Positions 28,121 through 39,834 of a stretch of 64,000 nucleotides of DNA are shown piece after piece. This stretch comes from an uncultured Candidatus Saccharibacteria bacterium (GTDB taxonomy: Bacteria > Patescibacteriota > Saccharimonadia > CAILAD01 > JADZBC01). Location: the NCBI GenBank assembly GCA_964600985.1, contig CAZRJR010000001.1, positions 147,270-211,269 on the forward strand, given 5' to 3'. Below the pieces are notes generated by a model. That model ran no database searches and was not told the DNA's origin. It was given only the letters and a program-made list of their open reading frames with translations. A program made the translations under genes and the position numbers. Within the stretch, counting starts at the first letter, position 1. Each line of letters opens with the position of its first letter.

Positions 28121-30598
28121 ATGTCTCCAGAGTTTGATCGATTTACCGAGAATGCTAAGCGCAGCCTGCAAAATGCGGGCGAATTAGCTATGAGTTTGGG
28201 TGCAGCCTATGTGGGCACCGAGCACTTATTGCTTGGTGTACTCAAGCAGCAAACTTCGATTGGCTCTAAGATACTTAAGGATATGGGTGTGTCGCTGGAT
28301 CGGCTTAATCTGAGCATGGTGCCAAGCCTGCAACCAGGCCAAGCTGGCGCTACGCCGCAGGCTCTCAGTGCTACAGCGCGTAAGACTATTACTTTGGCGC
28401 TACGGGTAGCACAGGAGTATGGTCAGCCCTATGCAGGCACGGAGCACTTGTTATTTGCAATCCTAGGCCAAGATAACGCTCGGGCGAACGTGTTGCTGCG
28501 TGGCATAAAGGTAGACCCAGTAGACATCCGCTCGGAGCTCGAGAACTTCTTAAACGCTCAGTCGTACGCGTACGAGGAGCAAGCCACCAAACAAGCCGGC
28601 CGTGGTAAGCAAAAGGGCAACAAGACCCCTACACTTGATCACTTTGGGATTGATTTGACTGCTCGGGCAAGCGCCGAGGAGCTAGATCCAGTAGTTGGTC
28701 GTGCGCAACAGATTGATCGTATGATCTCGATCCTGAACCGTCGACAAAAGAATAACCCAGTGCTGATAGGCGAGCCAGGCGTGGGTAAAACGGCCATAGT
28801 AGAAGGTTTGGCTCAGCGTATAGTTAACGATGAAGTGCCAGAAATGCTTGCGGGCAAGCGGGTGGTAATGCTCGATATGGCCAGCATAATTGCCGGCACT
28901 AAGTACCGTGGTGAATTCGAAGAACGACTCAAGAAGCTGATTGAAGAAGCCAAGGCGCACAAAGAAGTAATCCTATTTATAGACGAGCTGCATACTGTAG
29001 TAGGTGCCGGTTCGGCCGAGGGTGCGATTGATGCTGCCAACATCCTAAAGCCCGCCCTAGCCCGCGGCGAGGTACAGACTATAGGTGCTACTACGCTCGA
29101 AGAATACCGCAAGCATATAGAAAAGGACACAGCCCTGGAGCGCCGGTTCCAGCCGGTAATTGTGCCCGAGACTACGGTCGAAGAGACCATTGACGTACTA
29201 AAGGGCTTACGCAAACACTACGAAGACTTTCACAAGGTAGAGATTACCGATGACGCAATCGAGGATGCAGCTAAGCTCGCTGCGCGCTACGTGGCGGATC
29301 GGTTTATGCCCGACAAGGCTATAGACCTAGTGGACGAGGCGGCCTCGCTGGCCCGAATTCGCAAAGGTGGTAGCAGTAAGCGGCTCAAGGAACTGCAGAA
29401 TAAGCTTGGTGTAATTATGGAGCAGATAGACGATGCGGTGTACGACCAAGACTTCGAGCAAGCTGCCAAGCTAAAGTCCGAAGCTAGTGTGCTCGAGCAA
29501 AAGATCTCGGCTCAGCTATCGCGCGACGAAAAGCAAGGCAAGATTAGCATTACATCCGAGGACATCGCGGCTGTAGTAAGTCAGATGACCGGTGTACCAC
29601 TTACTAAGCTCATAAAGACCGAATCCGAGAACCTTGTAAAACTAGAGCGCACGCTTAAGCGTCGTATAATTGGCCAAGACGAAGCGGTTACCGCTGTAGC
29701 GCACGCCATGCGCCGCTCGCGTACAGGCATTGCCGATAGTGATCGGCCGATCGGATCCTTTATATTCCTTGGCCCTACCGGTGTGGGTAAAACTGAGCTG
29801 GCGCGTACACTGGCCCAAGAGGTTTTCCATGACAAAGATGCGCTCATTAAGGTAGATATGAGTGAGTTTATGGAGCGTCACAACGTAGCTCGATTAGTTG
29901 GCGCGCCGGCTGGATACGTGGGCTATGACGACGGTGGCCAGCTTACGGAAAAGGTACGTCGTAAGCCCTATAGCTTGATCTTGTTTGACGAAATCGAAAA
30001 GGCCCACCCCGAGGTGTTTAATATGCTCCTGCAGGTGCTCGAGGATGGCTTTTTGACCGATGCTAAAGGCCGCAAAGTAGACTTCCGAAATACCATCATC
30101 ATCATGACTTCTAACGTTGGGGCTAAACTCTTGAACCAAGAGGCAGCGCTTGGATTTACCACCGAAACTGCAGCCGAAGAACGCAAGCTGGAGCTTATGC
30201 ATAAACGTATGGAAAAAACTATTCATACCGAGCTCAAGAAGGCATTTCGACCAGAGTTCTTGAACCGTATTGACCACATTGTGATCTTCCGTGCGTTGTC
30301 TAAGCTTGATGTACGCTCAATTGTCGATTTGCAGCTTACTAGTTTAGCCCAACGCTTGCTGACAAAAGGCGTAGGCATTAGCTTTACCAGGGGGTTAAAG
30401 GACCTGCTTATAGAAAAGGGTTACGACGTAGAGCAAGGTGCTCGACCGCTCCGTAGGGCCATCCAGCGTATGGTGGAGGACAAGCTGGCATTAGCTATGC
30501 TAGAAGACGATGTTAAGGCTGGAGATAACGTAAAGGTAGGCGCTAAGGGTGGTGAAGTAGTGCTCGACACCAATACGCCTGCCCCTGCCACGACATGA
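28121..30598 (+). CDS. clpC: ATP-dependent Clp protease ATP-binding subunit ClpC (class III Hsp100).
   Basis: Two Clp_N repeats, two AAA+ modules ([16 protein letters not shown]), UVR-like linker, ClpB_D2-small domain. 825 aa. Confidence 0.93.
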   Translation: MSPEFDRFTENAKRSLQNAGELAMSLGAAYVGTEHLLLGVLKQQTSIGSKILKDMGVSLDRLNLSMVPSLQPGQAGATPQALSATARKTITLALRVAQEYGQPYAGTEHLLFAILGQDNARANVLLRGIKVDPVDIRSELENFLNAQSYAYEEQATKQAGRGKQKGNKTPTLDHFGIDLTARASAEELDPVVGRAQQIDRMISILNRRQKNNPVLIGEPGVGKTAIVEGLAQRIVNDEVPEMLAGKRVVMLDMASIIAGTKYRGEFEERLKKLIEEAKAHKEVILFIDELHTVVGAGSAEGAIDAANILKPALARGEVQTIGATTLEEYRKHIEKDTALERRFQPVIVPETTVEETIDVLKGLRKHYEDFHKVEITDDAIEDAAKLAARYVADRFMPDKAIDLVDEAASLARIRKGGSSKRLKELQNKLGVIMEQIDDAVYDQDFEQAAKLKSEASVLEQKISAQLSRDEKQGKISITSEDIAAVVSQMTGVPLTKLIKTESENLVKLERTLKRRIIGQDEAVTAVAHAMRRSRTGIADSDRPIGSFIFLGPTGVGKTELARTLAQEVFHDKDALIKVDMSEFMERHNVARLVGAPAGYVGYDDGGQLTEKVRRKPYSLILFDEIEKAHPEVFNMLLQVLEDGFLTDAKGRKVDFRNTIIIMTSNVGAKLLNQEAALGFTTETAAEERKLELMHKRMEKTIHTELKKAFRPEFLNRIDHIVIFRALSKLDVRSIVDLQLTSLAQRLLTKGVGISFTRGLKDLLIEKGYDVEQGARPLRRAIQRMVEDKLALAMLEDDVKAGDNVKVGAKGGEVVLDTNTPAPATT

Positions 30599-31182
30599 AG
30601 ATCGCCATCGACATAGATGAGGTGTTGGCTCGCGGCCTAGCTACCTACCTAAATTACTTCAATGAGACTTATGGCACGAGCTTTAGCGAGGCCGACTTTG
30701 GCCCTGAAAAGAAGTTCTGGGATGTGCTCGGGGTGACCGAAGAAGATGTGGCGGGTGTAGAGGCGCACTACCGGGCTAGTAAGCATTCTAAGGATTGGCT
30801 GCTCGTGCCAGGTGCTCAACAAGCTATAGCGCAGTTAGCGCGTCGCCACGAATTGGTAATAATATCCAATCGCCAACCGGCCGGCCATGAGCCTACTCGT
30901 ACTTGGCTTACTAAGAACTTTGGTACTGCGTTTAGCGAGGTGTACTTTACCGAAGCCGAACGGGTGGGAGACAAGCGGCCCACTAAAGCCGAAATATGTA
31001 TACGAATAGGTGTAGATGTGTTGGTAGAAGACGAGCTGCCAGAGGTAGCCGCATGTACTGAGCATGGAATTACGGTGGTCCTGTTTGATACCGTGAGTAA
31101 TCAAGGATTTGAGCACAAGGATGTAGTTAGGGTTCACAACTGGTCTGAAGCTACCGAAGCGATTAGCTCACTCAATAAATAG
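30595..31182 (+). CDS. 5'(3')-deoxyribonucleotidase-like HAD hydrolase (NT5C family).
   Basis: [12 protein letters not shown] DxDxV/T motif. 195 aa. Overlaps the clpC stop (ATGA). Confidence 0.65.
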   Translation: MKIAIDIDEVLARGLATYLNYFNETYGTSFSEADFGPEKKFWDVLGVTEEDVAGVEAHYRASKHSKDWLLVPGAQQAIAQLARRHELVIISNRQPAGHEPTRTWLTKNFGTAFSEVYFTEAERVGDKRPTKAEICIRIGVDVLVEDELPEVAACTEHGITVVLFDTVSNQGFEHKDVVRVHNWSEATEAISSLNK

Positions 31183-31218
31183 TTTGTTCGTAAAGTGTAC
31201 GCATGCTATACTGTAAGT

Positions 31219-32562
31219 ATGGCAAAGCAAAAAGCACAATTTGTATGTGAGGCTTGCAACGCTACGTTTTCTAAATGGAGCGGCCGGTGTCTTAACTGTG
31301 GTGCCTGGGAGACAATTCACGAACTGGAAACCGCTCAGTTGGCGCCTGGTCAAAAGGCAGTCAAGCGTATGCAGGTATCCAGGCTTGGCGATGTAGAATC
31401 AGCCGAGATTGAGCGTATAGTTACCAAAATGAGCGAAGTAGACACTGTGCTGGGGGGTGGCATAGTGCCCGGCTCGCTCGTATTATTGGCTGGTGATCCT
31501 GGCATAGGTAAGTCCACGCTTGTACTCCAATTAGCCAGCAATGTAGCCAAGCAACGCCGGGTACTCTATGTGAGCGGCGAGGAGTCACCCTCGCAGATTA
31601 AACTACGGGCCGATCGCCTAAGCGGCATTTCTACAGAATTCGACTTCTTGGCTTCGACCGACGCTGACCAAGTTATGGCTCAGGCTGGCGATGGCGACTA
31701 CGATCTGATCATAGTGGATTCAATCCAGACGCTCGTAAGCTCGGACGCAACTGCGGCAATTAGTACTGTGGGGCAGATTACTAACACTACCGCGCGCATT
31801 ATGAACGTGGCAAAGGCTACTCATACTGCCTTTATCATCATCGGCCATGTTACCAAGGAGGGTAATGTGGCTGGTCCGCGTGTGCTCGAACACTTGGTCG
31901 ACGCCGTGCTTTATCTCGAAGGTGAGCGTTATGGCTCGCTTAAGGTGCTGCGCGCCCAGAAAAATCGGTTTGGGTCTACGAATGAGGTTGGAGTATTCGA
32001 AATGACCGATAAGGGCCTTGCAACGGTCGAGAATCCTTCTGCCATGCTGCTCGAAGAGCGCCAACAACTGCCGGGCTCTGTAGTATTTGCTGCTATGGAG
32101 GGTAGCCGGCCAATCTTAGTAGAAGTACAAGCCCTGGTGTCACCTTCGGTGTTTGGTTACCCTAAACGTACGGCAGTTGGTGTGGACATGAATCGCCTTG
32201 GCTTATTGGCGGCGGTGATGACGAAACGAGGTGGCATTAACTTGAGCTCATCGGATATTTATGTTAACATTGTAGGCGGTCTCAAGATACAAGAGCCAGC
32301 AATTGATCTCGCAATTATTCTAGCAATAGCCTCTGCCCACAAGGGTGCCGTGCTCCCTCCGGAGCTTATGGCGTTTGGTGAGGTTGGTCTGAGCGGCGAG
32401 TTACGATCGGTAAGTTTCGCTGGCCGTAGACTCGAGGAAGCATACAAGCTTGGCTTCAGTACGGCAATTGTACCCCCGCAGACCAAACAGCAAGCTCATG
32501 GTTCTAAATCTCTCAGGGCCAAGACAATTGCTGAAGCAATAAAGCTTGTGAATACTAACTAA
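31219..32562 (+). CDS. radA: DNA repair protein RadA/Sms.
   Basis: N-terminal C4 zinc finger (FVCEACNATFSKWSGRCLNCGAW), Walker A GDPGIGKST, KNRFG motif, Lon-protease-like C-terminus. Start set at MAKQ. Confidence 0.93.
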   Translation: MAKQKAQFVCEACNATFSKWSGRCLNCGAWETIHELETAQLAPGQKAVKRMQVSRLGDVESAEIERIVTKMSEVDTVLGGGIVPGSLVLLAGDPGIGKSTLVLQLASNVAKQRRVLYVSGEESPSQIKLRADRLSGISTEFDFLASTDADQVMAQAGDGDYDLIIVDSIQTLVSSDATAAISTVGQITNTTARIMNVAKATHTAFIIIGHVTKEGNVAGPRVLEHLVDAVLYLEGERYGSLKVLRAQKNRFGSTNEVGVFEMTDKGLATVENPSAMLLEERQQLPGSVVFAAMEGSRPILVEVQALVSPSVFGYPKRTAVGVDMNRLGLLAAVMTKRGGINLSSSDIYVNIVGGLKIQEPAIDLAIILAIASAHKGAVLPPELMAFGEVGLSGELRSVSFAGRRLEEAYKLGFSTAIVPPQTKQQAHGSKSLRAKTIAEAIKLVNTN

Positions 32563-32580
32563 TCAAGGAATTATACGTTC

Positions 32581-33501
32581 ATGAATACAGCCCTCTTAGT
32601 GGCACTTGTGTTATCGCTACTTTTTACCGCTGTGGTGGTAATTATGTTCTACACTCAGCAGCAGTTTTTTACTCAGTTTTTGGCTCGTTCAAACAAGCCA
32701 GCAAAAGCTAAAACTCCTAAATCAACCACCCCTGCTAGCGAAGCACCTCAAGTATTGGTAGACACATCGGCAATTATAGATGGCCGCATAGCCGACATTA
32801 TTAAAACCGGCTTCGTGCCTGGTAAGCTCTTGGTGCCACGCTTCGTACTCGCCGAGCTGCAGAATATAGCCGATAGCGATGATGCTATGCGTCGTGGTCG
32901 TGGTCGCAGGGGGCTAGAGATGCTCAACATTATGCGACAGGATCCTAACGTAGAACTCGACATAATCGAAGAGAACCCCGAGGATGTGAAAGAAGTTGAC
33001 CACAAGCTTGTGTACCTGGCTAAGAAGTTTAATACCAATATTCTCACTACTGACTACAATCTGAACCGCGTGGCTACGATTGATACCGTTAAGGTACTCA
33101 ACGTAAACGAGTTAGCCAATGCTATTCGACCAGTGGTTTTACCCGGTGAAGAGCTGGTAGTAAAAGTAGTGCAGCCAGGCAAAGAAAAGAATCAGGGCGT
33201 AGGCTACCTGGCTGACGGCACTATGATTGTGGTCGAAAACGGCGACAAACTAATGGGCAAAGAAGTGACTACCGAGGTAACACGTATATTTCAAACTGTA
33301 GCGGGCAAAATGATCTTCGCTACCGAAAAGCGTAGTGGCGGCAACGGCCATGCAGCTAAACGACCGCAGCAGCCACAAAATGGCAATGGCGGTAATCGCA
33401 ACCAGCAAGCGCGCAACAACAATATCCGTCACGCTAACAACGCTCGACATACTAGAAACACTAATCAAGCAGCAGCCGTTGCCGAAGTTAAGAAAGCATA
33501 G
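32581..33501 (+). CDS. PIN/TRAM domain-containing membrane protein (YacL-like).
   Basis: N-terminal TM, PIN domain (VLVDTSAIIDGRI...TTDYNL), TRAM-like domain (VVKVVQPGKEKNQGVGYLADGTMIVVENG), then an Asn/Gln/Arg-rich tail. Confidence 0.75.
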   Translation: MNTALLVALVLSLLFTAVVVIMFYTQQQFFTQFLARSNKPAKAKTPKSTTPASEAPQVLVDTSAIIDGRIADIIKTGFVPGKLLVPRFVLAELQNIADSDDAMRRGRGRRGLEMLNIMRQDPNVELDIIEENPEDVKEVDHKLVYLAKKFNTNILTTDYNLNRVATIDTVKVLNVNELANAIRPVVLPGEELVVKVVQPGKEKNQGVGYLADGTMIVVENGDKLMGKEVTTEVTRIFQTVAGKMIFATEKRSGGNGHAAKRPQQPQNGNGGNRNQQARNNNIRHANNARHTRNTNQAAAVAEVKKA

Positions 33502-33540
33502 ACTTCAGCAGCATCTAGCGCATTCAGGTTCGTACCAATT

Positions 33541-33571
33541 AAATAACACCTCAGATGAGAGGTGTTATTTA
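33541..33571. terminator. Bidirectional terminator hairpin between the convergent yacL-like gene and the PBP gene.
   Basis: aaataacacctc agatgag aggtgttattt. Confidence 0.7.
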
Positions 33572-33592
33572 ATTAACGAGACTATGGTAGTT

Positions 33593-36448
33593 CTATGGAA
33601 AGTATTTGTTGTAGGTACCATTGGCATCGGTTACCACTAGCTTAGCTGTTTTAGATGAGTTCCAGCCGCTCCAGGTGTGTGAGGAGCCTGATACTGCTGG
33701 CCCGAATGCAACGTTATCATAGTAAATTCTCATATAAATTGGTGCTGCACCCCCGACTACATTAGCCGTACAGCTTGAAAGCGCGCAACTTAGGTTAATC
33801 GTTGGAGCCGATGCTGTGGTCGTCGTTACATTCACGGTATTGCTCGTGTCGCTATACAGAGCTGAGTCGATCACCTTGGCGCTAAATTGGTGGGAACCAG
33901 TAGTTGTAGGAGTGTACTCAAATGGGTACGAGCCGCTACCGCCAATGTTTTGGTTTGCAATCTCTGCGCCATCCATGTAAAAGATCACTTTGTTTGCAGG
34001 ATAGCGACCACTCGATACCGCCGCTGTTATGGTGAAGCTTGCACCAGTGGACTTGTCGGTACTTACTACAACTGTTGGCTTGGCGTCGCCACAACTGTGT
34101 ATGTCATCCTTCTCGTTTGGTATGCTGCCGCCGCTCATGCCAAGTGATGCTGCGAGGGCCGATACCGGTGGCTGCCAACGCGCGTAGGAAATATCGGTTG
34201 GCGGAACTTCGGCATTAATCAGTCCGGCCGTAATCGTGTCTATAGCATCTGCTGGAGTACATTCGGTTGCTAGTTTGCCACTCACCTTGTCTATCTTGGC
34301 TTGTTGGTCATTGCTTGGCTGCGGCACTACATACCATGAAGGGAAGATGTCGGTACGAGTCTTCTTGGTGCCAGCACTTGGTGCTTTACCGGTATTTGCG
34401 TCGAGCGTGACTTCCTTAATGCCACTTGGTCGCTTAAATTGCTCTACTGGCGTGCCTTTGGTAACTGCCGACATGTAGGTTTGCCAAATTGGCGCCGCTA
34501 CAATGCTGGAGGCTTGGTTCATTGGTTGGTTATTGTTGTTGCCAGCCCATACGCCCACTGTTACTCCTGGTGTGTAGCCCATAGTCCAGGCGTCCTTGAA
34601 GTCGTTGGTAGTACCTGTTTTGGCGGCCACCGGACGGTCGGAAAGCGTGAGGGGGTTGGCGCAAGGGAAGGTACCAAGACTACAGCGTGCGCCATTGTCG
34701 GAGATAATGCTTGATATCAGGTAAGCAATTTGCGGGTCGAGTACTTGCTTACCCTTGTTGTCCTTAGGCTTGCTCTCTTGCAGCACTTTGCCAGACGAGT
34801 CGGTAACCTTGCGAATGCTAACTTGGTCATGGTGCTTGCCTTCGGTGGCAAAGGTAGAGTAGGCTTCTACCATTTCAGTAAGCTTAACCTCGCCACTACC
34901 CAGGGTGAGTGATAAGCCGTAGTCGTTCTTAGCGTCTAGGGTTGTTATACCTAAATCCTTGGCGGTCTGTAGAGAGTTGTCGAGTCCAGCAAGGTATAGA
35001 GCCTTCACAGCCGGGATGTTGAGTGAACTAGCTAGGGCTTGGCGGACACTCACTACACCATAGTTACGTAGGGTGTAGTTTGTGGGCTTGTAGCCTCCAC
35101 CGAAGTCAGTCGGTACGTCGTAGAGGGTAGTCCCCGCACCATAGTTCTTCTTAAAGAGAGTAGAGTATACAATCGGTTTGAATGACGATCCGGGCTGACG
35201 GTTGGCCGTAGCGGCGTTAAAGCTCCCGAAATCCTGATCGCCATAGTCATAGCTCCCGACCATGGCTTGAATCTCGCCTGTAGTTGGGTCGGCGGCAACG
35301 AGTGCAGCGTTGGATCCGTTAGCGCGGCGTACACCTGCCATGCCTTTGGCCACGGCGTCTTCGGCTATCTTTTGCTTGGAAATGTCGAGCGTAGTAATGA
35401 CCTTGAGGCCACCTTCGTTTACACGCTTAATGCCATATTCATTCTCGAGCTGTTCGCGCACATACTGTACAAAGTGCGGTGCGGTTACATTGGCGTACGG
35501 TCGGTAAGGTACAAGCTGGGCCAGGATGTCTTCCTTCATCGCTGCATCTGCCTGGGCTTTGGTAATGTATTTTTGCTCCGCCATGTTGCTCAGTACTTTG
35601 TGTTGACGGCGAATCAGTACGGCTTTGTTGGGTCCGTAGGGTGAGTAGTAGCTGGGCGCCTGGGGCATAGCTGCAAGGAGGGCACTTTGGGCCAGCGTGA
35701 GGTCTTTGGCGTCTTTGCCAAAGTAAGTTTTGGCGGCGGCTTGTACTCCGTAAGCCGTGGAGCCATAGGGAATTTCGTTGAGGTACAGCTTGAGAATGTC
35801 ATCCTTTTTGTATAGCTGCTCAATTTCGATTGCTAGAATTAATTCCTTGATTTTACGGCTGACGCTACGCTCGTCGGTGAGGAGCGCATTCTTAACATAC
35901 TGCTGGGTGATGGTGGAGCCCCCCTGCGTGTTGCGCTTAAAGATCGTATAGTAAAAGGCGCGACCCAAGCCCTGCACACTAAATGCCCCGTGCTTGTAGA
36001 AGTCTTTGTCCTCGATCGCGATCGTAGCGTCCTTAATACTCTTGGGCATTTCGTTAAACTCAATTAGGCTACGGTTCTTGTCGCCATACACCTCGAGAAG
36101 TAGGGTCTGACCATCGTTGGCGTAGATCTTGGTGGTCTGAGCATTTAAGCGAGCATTAATCTTGTTTGGGCTCGGGAGGTCCTTGGAAAACCATAAAAAC
36201 AGCGCAAAGAGGGTGGCGAGGCAAGCGGCGGCAGTGCCAACCACAATTCGCTTGCCCTTAGGGGTCTTGGCCCAAGCTATGATGTTGCTTGGCGCAAGCT
36301 TAGCGAGGCCCTTGGGCTTAGCGCTGCGACTGCGTGGTGAGGCTGGTAGAGCGCTACTTGTACGCGAAGATGTCGCAGGTGCGCTGCGGAGCTTCACTTT
36401 GCGTTTACCAGTTAGTTTTGGCGTTAATTTAGGCCGTGATTTGGGCAT
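33593..36448 (-). CDS. Class A penicillin-binding protein (glycosyltransferase GT51 plus transpeptidase) with a long C-terminal Ig-like/beta-rich extension.
   Basis: N-terminal TM. GT51 motifs (EDKDFYKHGAFS, GGSTITQQ). Transpeptidase SXXK (GSSFKPIVY), SXN and KTGT motifs. 951 aa. Confidence 0.92.
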   Translation of the reverse strand: MPKSRPKLTPKLTGKRKVKLRSAPATSSRTSSALPASPRSRSAKPKGLAKLAPSNIIAWAKTPKGKRIVVGTAAACLATLFALFLWFSKDLPSPNKINARLNAQTTKIYANDGQTLLLEVYGDKNRSLIEFNEMPKSIKDATIAIEDKDFYKHGAFSVQGLGRAFYYTIFKRNTQGGSTITQQYVKNALLTDERSVSRKIKELILAIEIEQLYKKDDILKLYLNEIPYGSTAYGVQAAAKTYFGKDAKDLTLAQSALLAAMPQAPSYYSPYGPNKAVLIRRQHKVLSNMAEQKYITKAQADAAMKEDILAQLVPYRPYANVTAPHFVQYVREQLENEYGIKRVNEGGLKVITTLDISKQKIAEDAVAKGMAGVRRANGSNAALVAADPTTGEIQAMVGSYDYGDQDFGSFNAATANRQPGSSFKPIVYSTLFKKNYGAGTTLYDVPTDFGGGYKPTNYTLRNYGVVSVRQALASSLNIPAVKALYLAGLDNSLQTAKDLGITTLDAKNDYGLSLTLGSGEVKLTEMVEAYSTFATEGKHHDQVSIRKVTDSSGKVLQESKPKDNKGKQVLDPQIAYLISSIISDNGARCSLGTFPCANPLTLSDRPVAAKTGTTNDFKDAWTMGYTPGVTVGVWAGNNNNQPMNQASSIVAAPIWQTYMSAVTKGTPVEQFKRPSGIKEVTLDANTGKAPSAGTKKTRTDIFPSWYVVPQPSNDQQAKIDKVSGKLATECTPADAIDTITAGLINAEVPPTDISYARWQPPVSALAASLGMSGGSIPNEKDDIHSCGDAKPTVVVSTDKSTGASFTITAAVSSGRYPANKVIFYMDGAEIANQNIGGSGSYPFEYTPTTTGSHQFSAKVIDSALYSDTSNTVNVTTTTASAPTINLSCALSSCTANVVGGAAPIYMRIYYDNVAFGPAVSGSSHTWSGWNSSKTAKLVVTDANGTYNKYFP

Positions 36449-36550
36449 TGAATTCCTAGTAATTTACTACCTGTATTATACCACGATCAGCCTAAAACAA
36501 GCGGTTTTACCGATCCTCTCGAACGACCCGAGTGAAGGTGATATAATGGC

Positions 36551-37762
36551 TTGTATATGAGTAAACATGACGACATTGAAGAACTGCTGAATCGTGCGAT
36601 CGATACCATTTACCCGTCGCGCGAGGAACTAGCGAAGGTGCTGGCAAGTGGCAAAAAGCTGAATGTATATATGGGGATTGACCCAACTGCAGACTACATT
36701 CACCTGGGCCACTCTACAAATTACCTTCTACTCGAGCGATTTCATGCTTTGGGCCACAATATCACCGTGCTTGTAGGTGATTTTACCGCTATGATCGGCG
36801 ATCCGAGTGACAAATCGGCTGCGCGCCAACGACTCACCAAAGAACAGGTAAAGCATAACTTCGAAAGTTACAAGCAGCAGATTGGCAAAATCCTTGATTT
36901 AAATAATAAATCTAACCCAATCCATTTTAAGTTTAACTCTGAGTGGCTGGCTAAACTTACCTTTGAAGACACCGTTGATTTAGCATCGAATTTCACCGTA
37001 CAACAGATGCTCGAGCGAGACGCCTTCGCCAAGCGAGTAGATGAAAAAAAGCCCTTATATGTGCACGAATTCTTCTACCCACTTATGCAGGGCTATGACT
37101 CCGTAGCACTCGAGGCTGACTTGGAAATTGGTGGTACAGATCAGACTTTTAATATGCTCGCTGGCCGCACATTGGTAAAACGATATCAAGATCGCGAAAA
37201 GTTTGTGATTACTACTACGCTTCTTGAGGATCCGCTTACTGGTGAGAAGATGATGAGTAAAAGTTTAGGCACGGGGGTTTCGATAAAAGAACAGCCATTT
37301 GAGATGTTCGCAGGCGTAATGCGCTTACCAGATAGCGGGATTATACAGGTATATGTGGACTGTACGCGCCTTTCGATGGAGAATATTGAACAGATTAAGC
37401 ATGCGCTCGTGCAGGGCGAGAACCCACGAGACATGAAGCTACAACTGGCCGCCGAGATAGTCGGCATGTACCACGGTGTTGAAGCAGCAGCTCAAGCCAA
37501 AGACGCTTGGTTAGCGCAGGTGAGTGGCAATGAGCTACCTGAAGAAATCGAGCAGTTTGGTCTAAAACCTGGTAAGCACGACCTAGTCGAACTAGTGAGC
37601 CAGCAGTTCGAGCTCAGCAAGTCGGAGGTGCGACGCCTGCTTGAACAAAAAGGCATAAAGATCAATAGTGCCGCGGTTGAGGTGCAGGAATACAAACCAG
37701 CCGATGGCGACATTTTGCAGGTAGGTAAGCGTAGGTTTAAACAAGTTAAGCTACAAAAATGA
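36551..37762 (+). CDS. tyrS: Tyrosyl-tRNA synthetase.
   Basis: HIGH-type motif (HLGH), KMSKS (EKMMSKSLG), GGTDQTFN, C-terminal S4-like domain. 403 aa. The start may instead be ATG 36557. Confidence 0.85.
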   Translation: MYMSKHDDIEELLNRAIDTIYPSREELAKVLASGKKLNVYMGIDPTADYIHLGHSTNYLLLERFHALGHNITVLVGDFTAMIGDPSDKSAARQRLTKEQVKHNFESYKQQIGKILDLNNKSNPIHFKFNSEWLAKLTFEDTVDLASNFTVQQMLERDAFAKRVDEKKPLYVHEFFYPLMQGYDSVALEADLEIGGTDQTFNMLAGRTLVKRYQDREKFVITTTLLEDPLTGEKMMSKSLGTGVSIKEQPFEMFAGVMRLPDSGIIQVYVDCTRLSMENIEQIKHALVQGENPRDMKLQLAAEIVGMYHGVEAAAQAKDAWLAQVSGNELPEEIEQFGLKPGKHDLVELVSQQFELSKSEVRRLLEQKGIKINSAAVEVQEYKPADGDILQVGKRRFKQVKLQK

Positions 37763-39816
37763 CCTCAGCCGGGGTAGGACTCACAACCCCACTCAGCAGC
37801 CTAAATGGTGTGGGGCCTGTCGTGGCGCGGGGGCTGGGTCGACTGGGTTTATACACCGTGCGTGATCTGCTTGATTACTTTCCACGACGTTGGGATGACT
37901 ATAGTGAGGTACAAACGATTTCTCAGTTGCGTCCAGGACTAGTTACGGTTCGTGGGCGTGTGGAGCAAATTGCGAATCGACGATCGTTTAAAAACCGGCG
38001 ACTCAGCGTTACCGAGGCTATTATAGCTGATCATACAGGCACTATTCGGGCAGTCTGGTTTAATCAGTCTTATATTACAACGCAAGTAAAAGCCGGCCAG
38101 CTGTATGCCTTTAGAGGAAAGTTCGAGTTTAAGAACAACTATCTAAGCTTGCAAAACCCAACTACCGAGCTAGTGACCGAAAACACAACCGCTCGTGCTG
38201 GCGGTCACATCGTGCCTATATATGGTGAGAACAATGCTATTACTTCTAAGTTACTCACCAAGCTTATTGATCAGGTGATTGACCTTGTTAATGAGCTCGA
38301 AGATGTATTACCTGAGCAAGTTCGTACGCAAGAAGGTCTTATGACTTACTCTCAGGCGGTTCGGGAACTTCACCATCCCACTTCCACTCTTGACCTCCAG
38401 GGGGCTCGTGACCGATTGGCCTTCGAAGAGCTGTTCATGCTCATGACCACTTCGCTGGCTATAAAGCACGATATTCAGACCGAACCGGCACGCCCGATAT
38501 CGTTTGATTTGGCCAAGGTTCAGGAGGTGCTAGCGAGTTTAAAGTTCGACTTAACTCCTGCCCAAAAGAAAGCTGCTTGGGCAATATTTAAAGACATGGA
38601 GCGTGATAAGCCCATGAATCGATTGCTCGAGGGTGATGTGGGTAGCGGTAAAACCATCGTAGCTTTTCTGGCGGCCTATAGTGCAATCAGGCAAGGCTTT
38701 CAGGTAGCTCTTATGGTGCCAACCGAAATTTTGGCTCGGCAGCATCTTGCCACGGCCCAAAAACTGTTCGATCCACTGGGGGTGGAGGCTGGGTTCTTGG
38801 CAGGTAGTTTAACAGGTGCGCAAAAGAAGGCCGTAAAAGATCAGATTAGCAATCATAAGGTTCAGTTAGTAATTGGCACCCATGCGCTGCTCGAAGAGAA
38901 CGTGATCTTTGATAATCTAGGGTTAGTTATAATCGACGAGCAACACCGCTTTGGCGTGAGTCAGCGCCGCATGCTCAAAGCCCAGTCAGATACTATGCCG
39001 CACGTACTTACCATGACGGCCACGCCGATTCCCCGCAGCTTAGCGTTGGTAGTGTATGGTGAACTTGATGTGAGCGTAATCGACGAACTACCACCAGGAC
39101 GCCAGCCAATCACCACGAAACTCATCCAGGCTACTGGTAGGAATGAAATGGAGCAGCACATAGACTGCTTGATTGGCGAGGGTCGCCAGGTCTTTGTGGT
39201 TTGTCCACTTATCGATGAGTCGGACAGCCTAGGGGTGAAGAGTGTTCAAGCGGAGTTTGGGCGGCTCAGTGGTGGCGTATTTGCTCATCGGCGGCTGGAG
39301 GTTTTGCACGGTAAGCTCAAACCAAGCGAAAAAGAAGCTGTCATGACTGAATTTGTGTCAGGAAATATTGATATTTTAGTTGCTACCACGGTGATTGAGG
39401 TGGGTGTAGACATTCCTAACGCGAGCGTAATGGTGATTGAGAGCGCCGAGCGGTTTGGTTTGGCTGCATTGCACCAGTTGCGTGGGCGGGTAGGGCGCGG
39501 GAAGTATAGTTCGTATTGCTATTTACTCACTGAGAGTGAAAACCCGGCTACACTCAAGCGATTGCGGGCTATGGAGCGCACTAGTGACGGTTTTAGGCTT
39601 AGTCAGATTGATCTGGAAATGCGCGGGCCCGGCGAGATTTACGGCGCACGGCAGCACGGCGTGCTGGATTTGCGGATGGCAAATATTATGGACACAAAAC
39701 TCATTACGAGAGTGCGCAATCGGGCTGAAGCTTTCTTGGCCCAGGGTAACATGCTAGACTATCCATATATGCTTAAGCGAGTTAATCAGCTTAAGGCTAT
39801 AACGACACTTGATTAG
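37759..39816 (+). CDS. recG: ATP-dependent DNA helicase RecG.
   Basis: Wedge domain. SF2 helicase motifs (GDVGSGKT, DEQHRFGV, TATPIPRS, QLRGRVGRG). 685 aa. Confidence 0.93.
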   Translation: MTSAGVGLTTPLSSLNGVGPVVARGLGRLGLYTVRDLLDYFPRRWDDYSEVQTISQLRPGLVTVRGRVEQIANRRSFKNRRLSVTEAIIADHTGTIRAVWFNQSYITTQVKAGQLYAFRGKFEFKNNYLSLQNPTTELVTENTTARAGGHIVPIYGENNAITSKLLTKLIDQVIDLVNELEDVLPEQVRTQEGLMTYSQAVRELHHPTSTLDLQGARDRLAFEELFMLMTTSLAIKHDIQTEPARPISFDLAKVQEVLASLKFDLTPAQKKAAWAIFKDMERDKPMNRLLEGDVGSGKTIVAFLAAYSAIRQGFQVALMVPTEILARQHLATAQKLFDPLGVEAGFLAGSLTGAQKKAVKDQISNHKVQLVIGTHALLEENVIFDNLGLVIIDEQHRFGVSQRRMLKAQSDTMPHVLTMTATPIPRSLALVVYGELDVSVIDELPPGRQPITTKLIQATGRNEMEQHIDCLIGEGRQVFVVCPLIDESDSLGVKSVQAEFGRLSGGVFAHRRLEVLHGKLKPSEKEAVMTEFVSGNIDILVATTVIEVGVDIPNASVMVIESAERFGLAALHQLRGRVGRGKYSSYCYLLTESENPATLKRLRAMERTSDGFRLSQIDLEMRGPGEIYGARQHGVLDLRMANIMDTKLITRVRNRAEAFLAQGNMLDYPYMLKRVNQLKAITTLD

Positions 39817-39834
39817 TATTATTAACTCATCCTT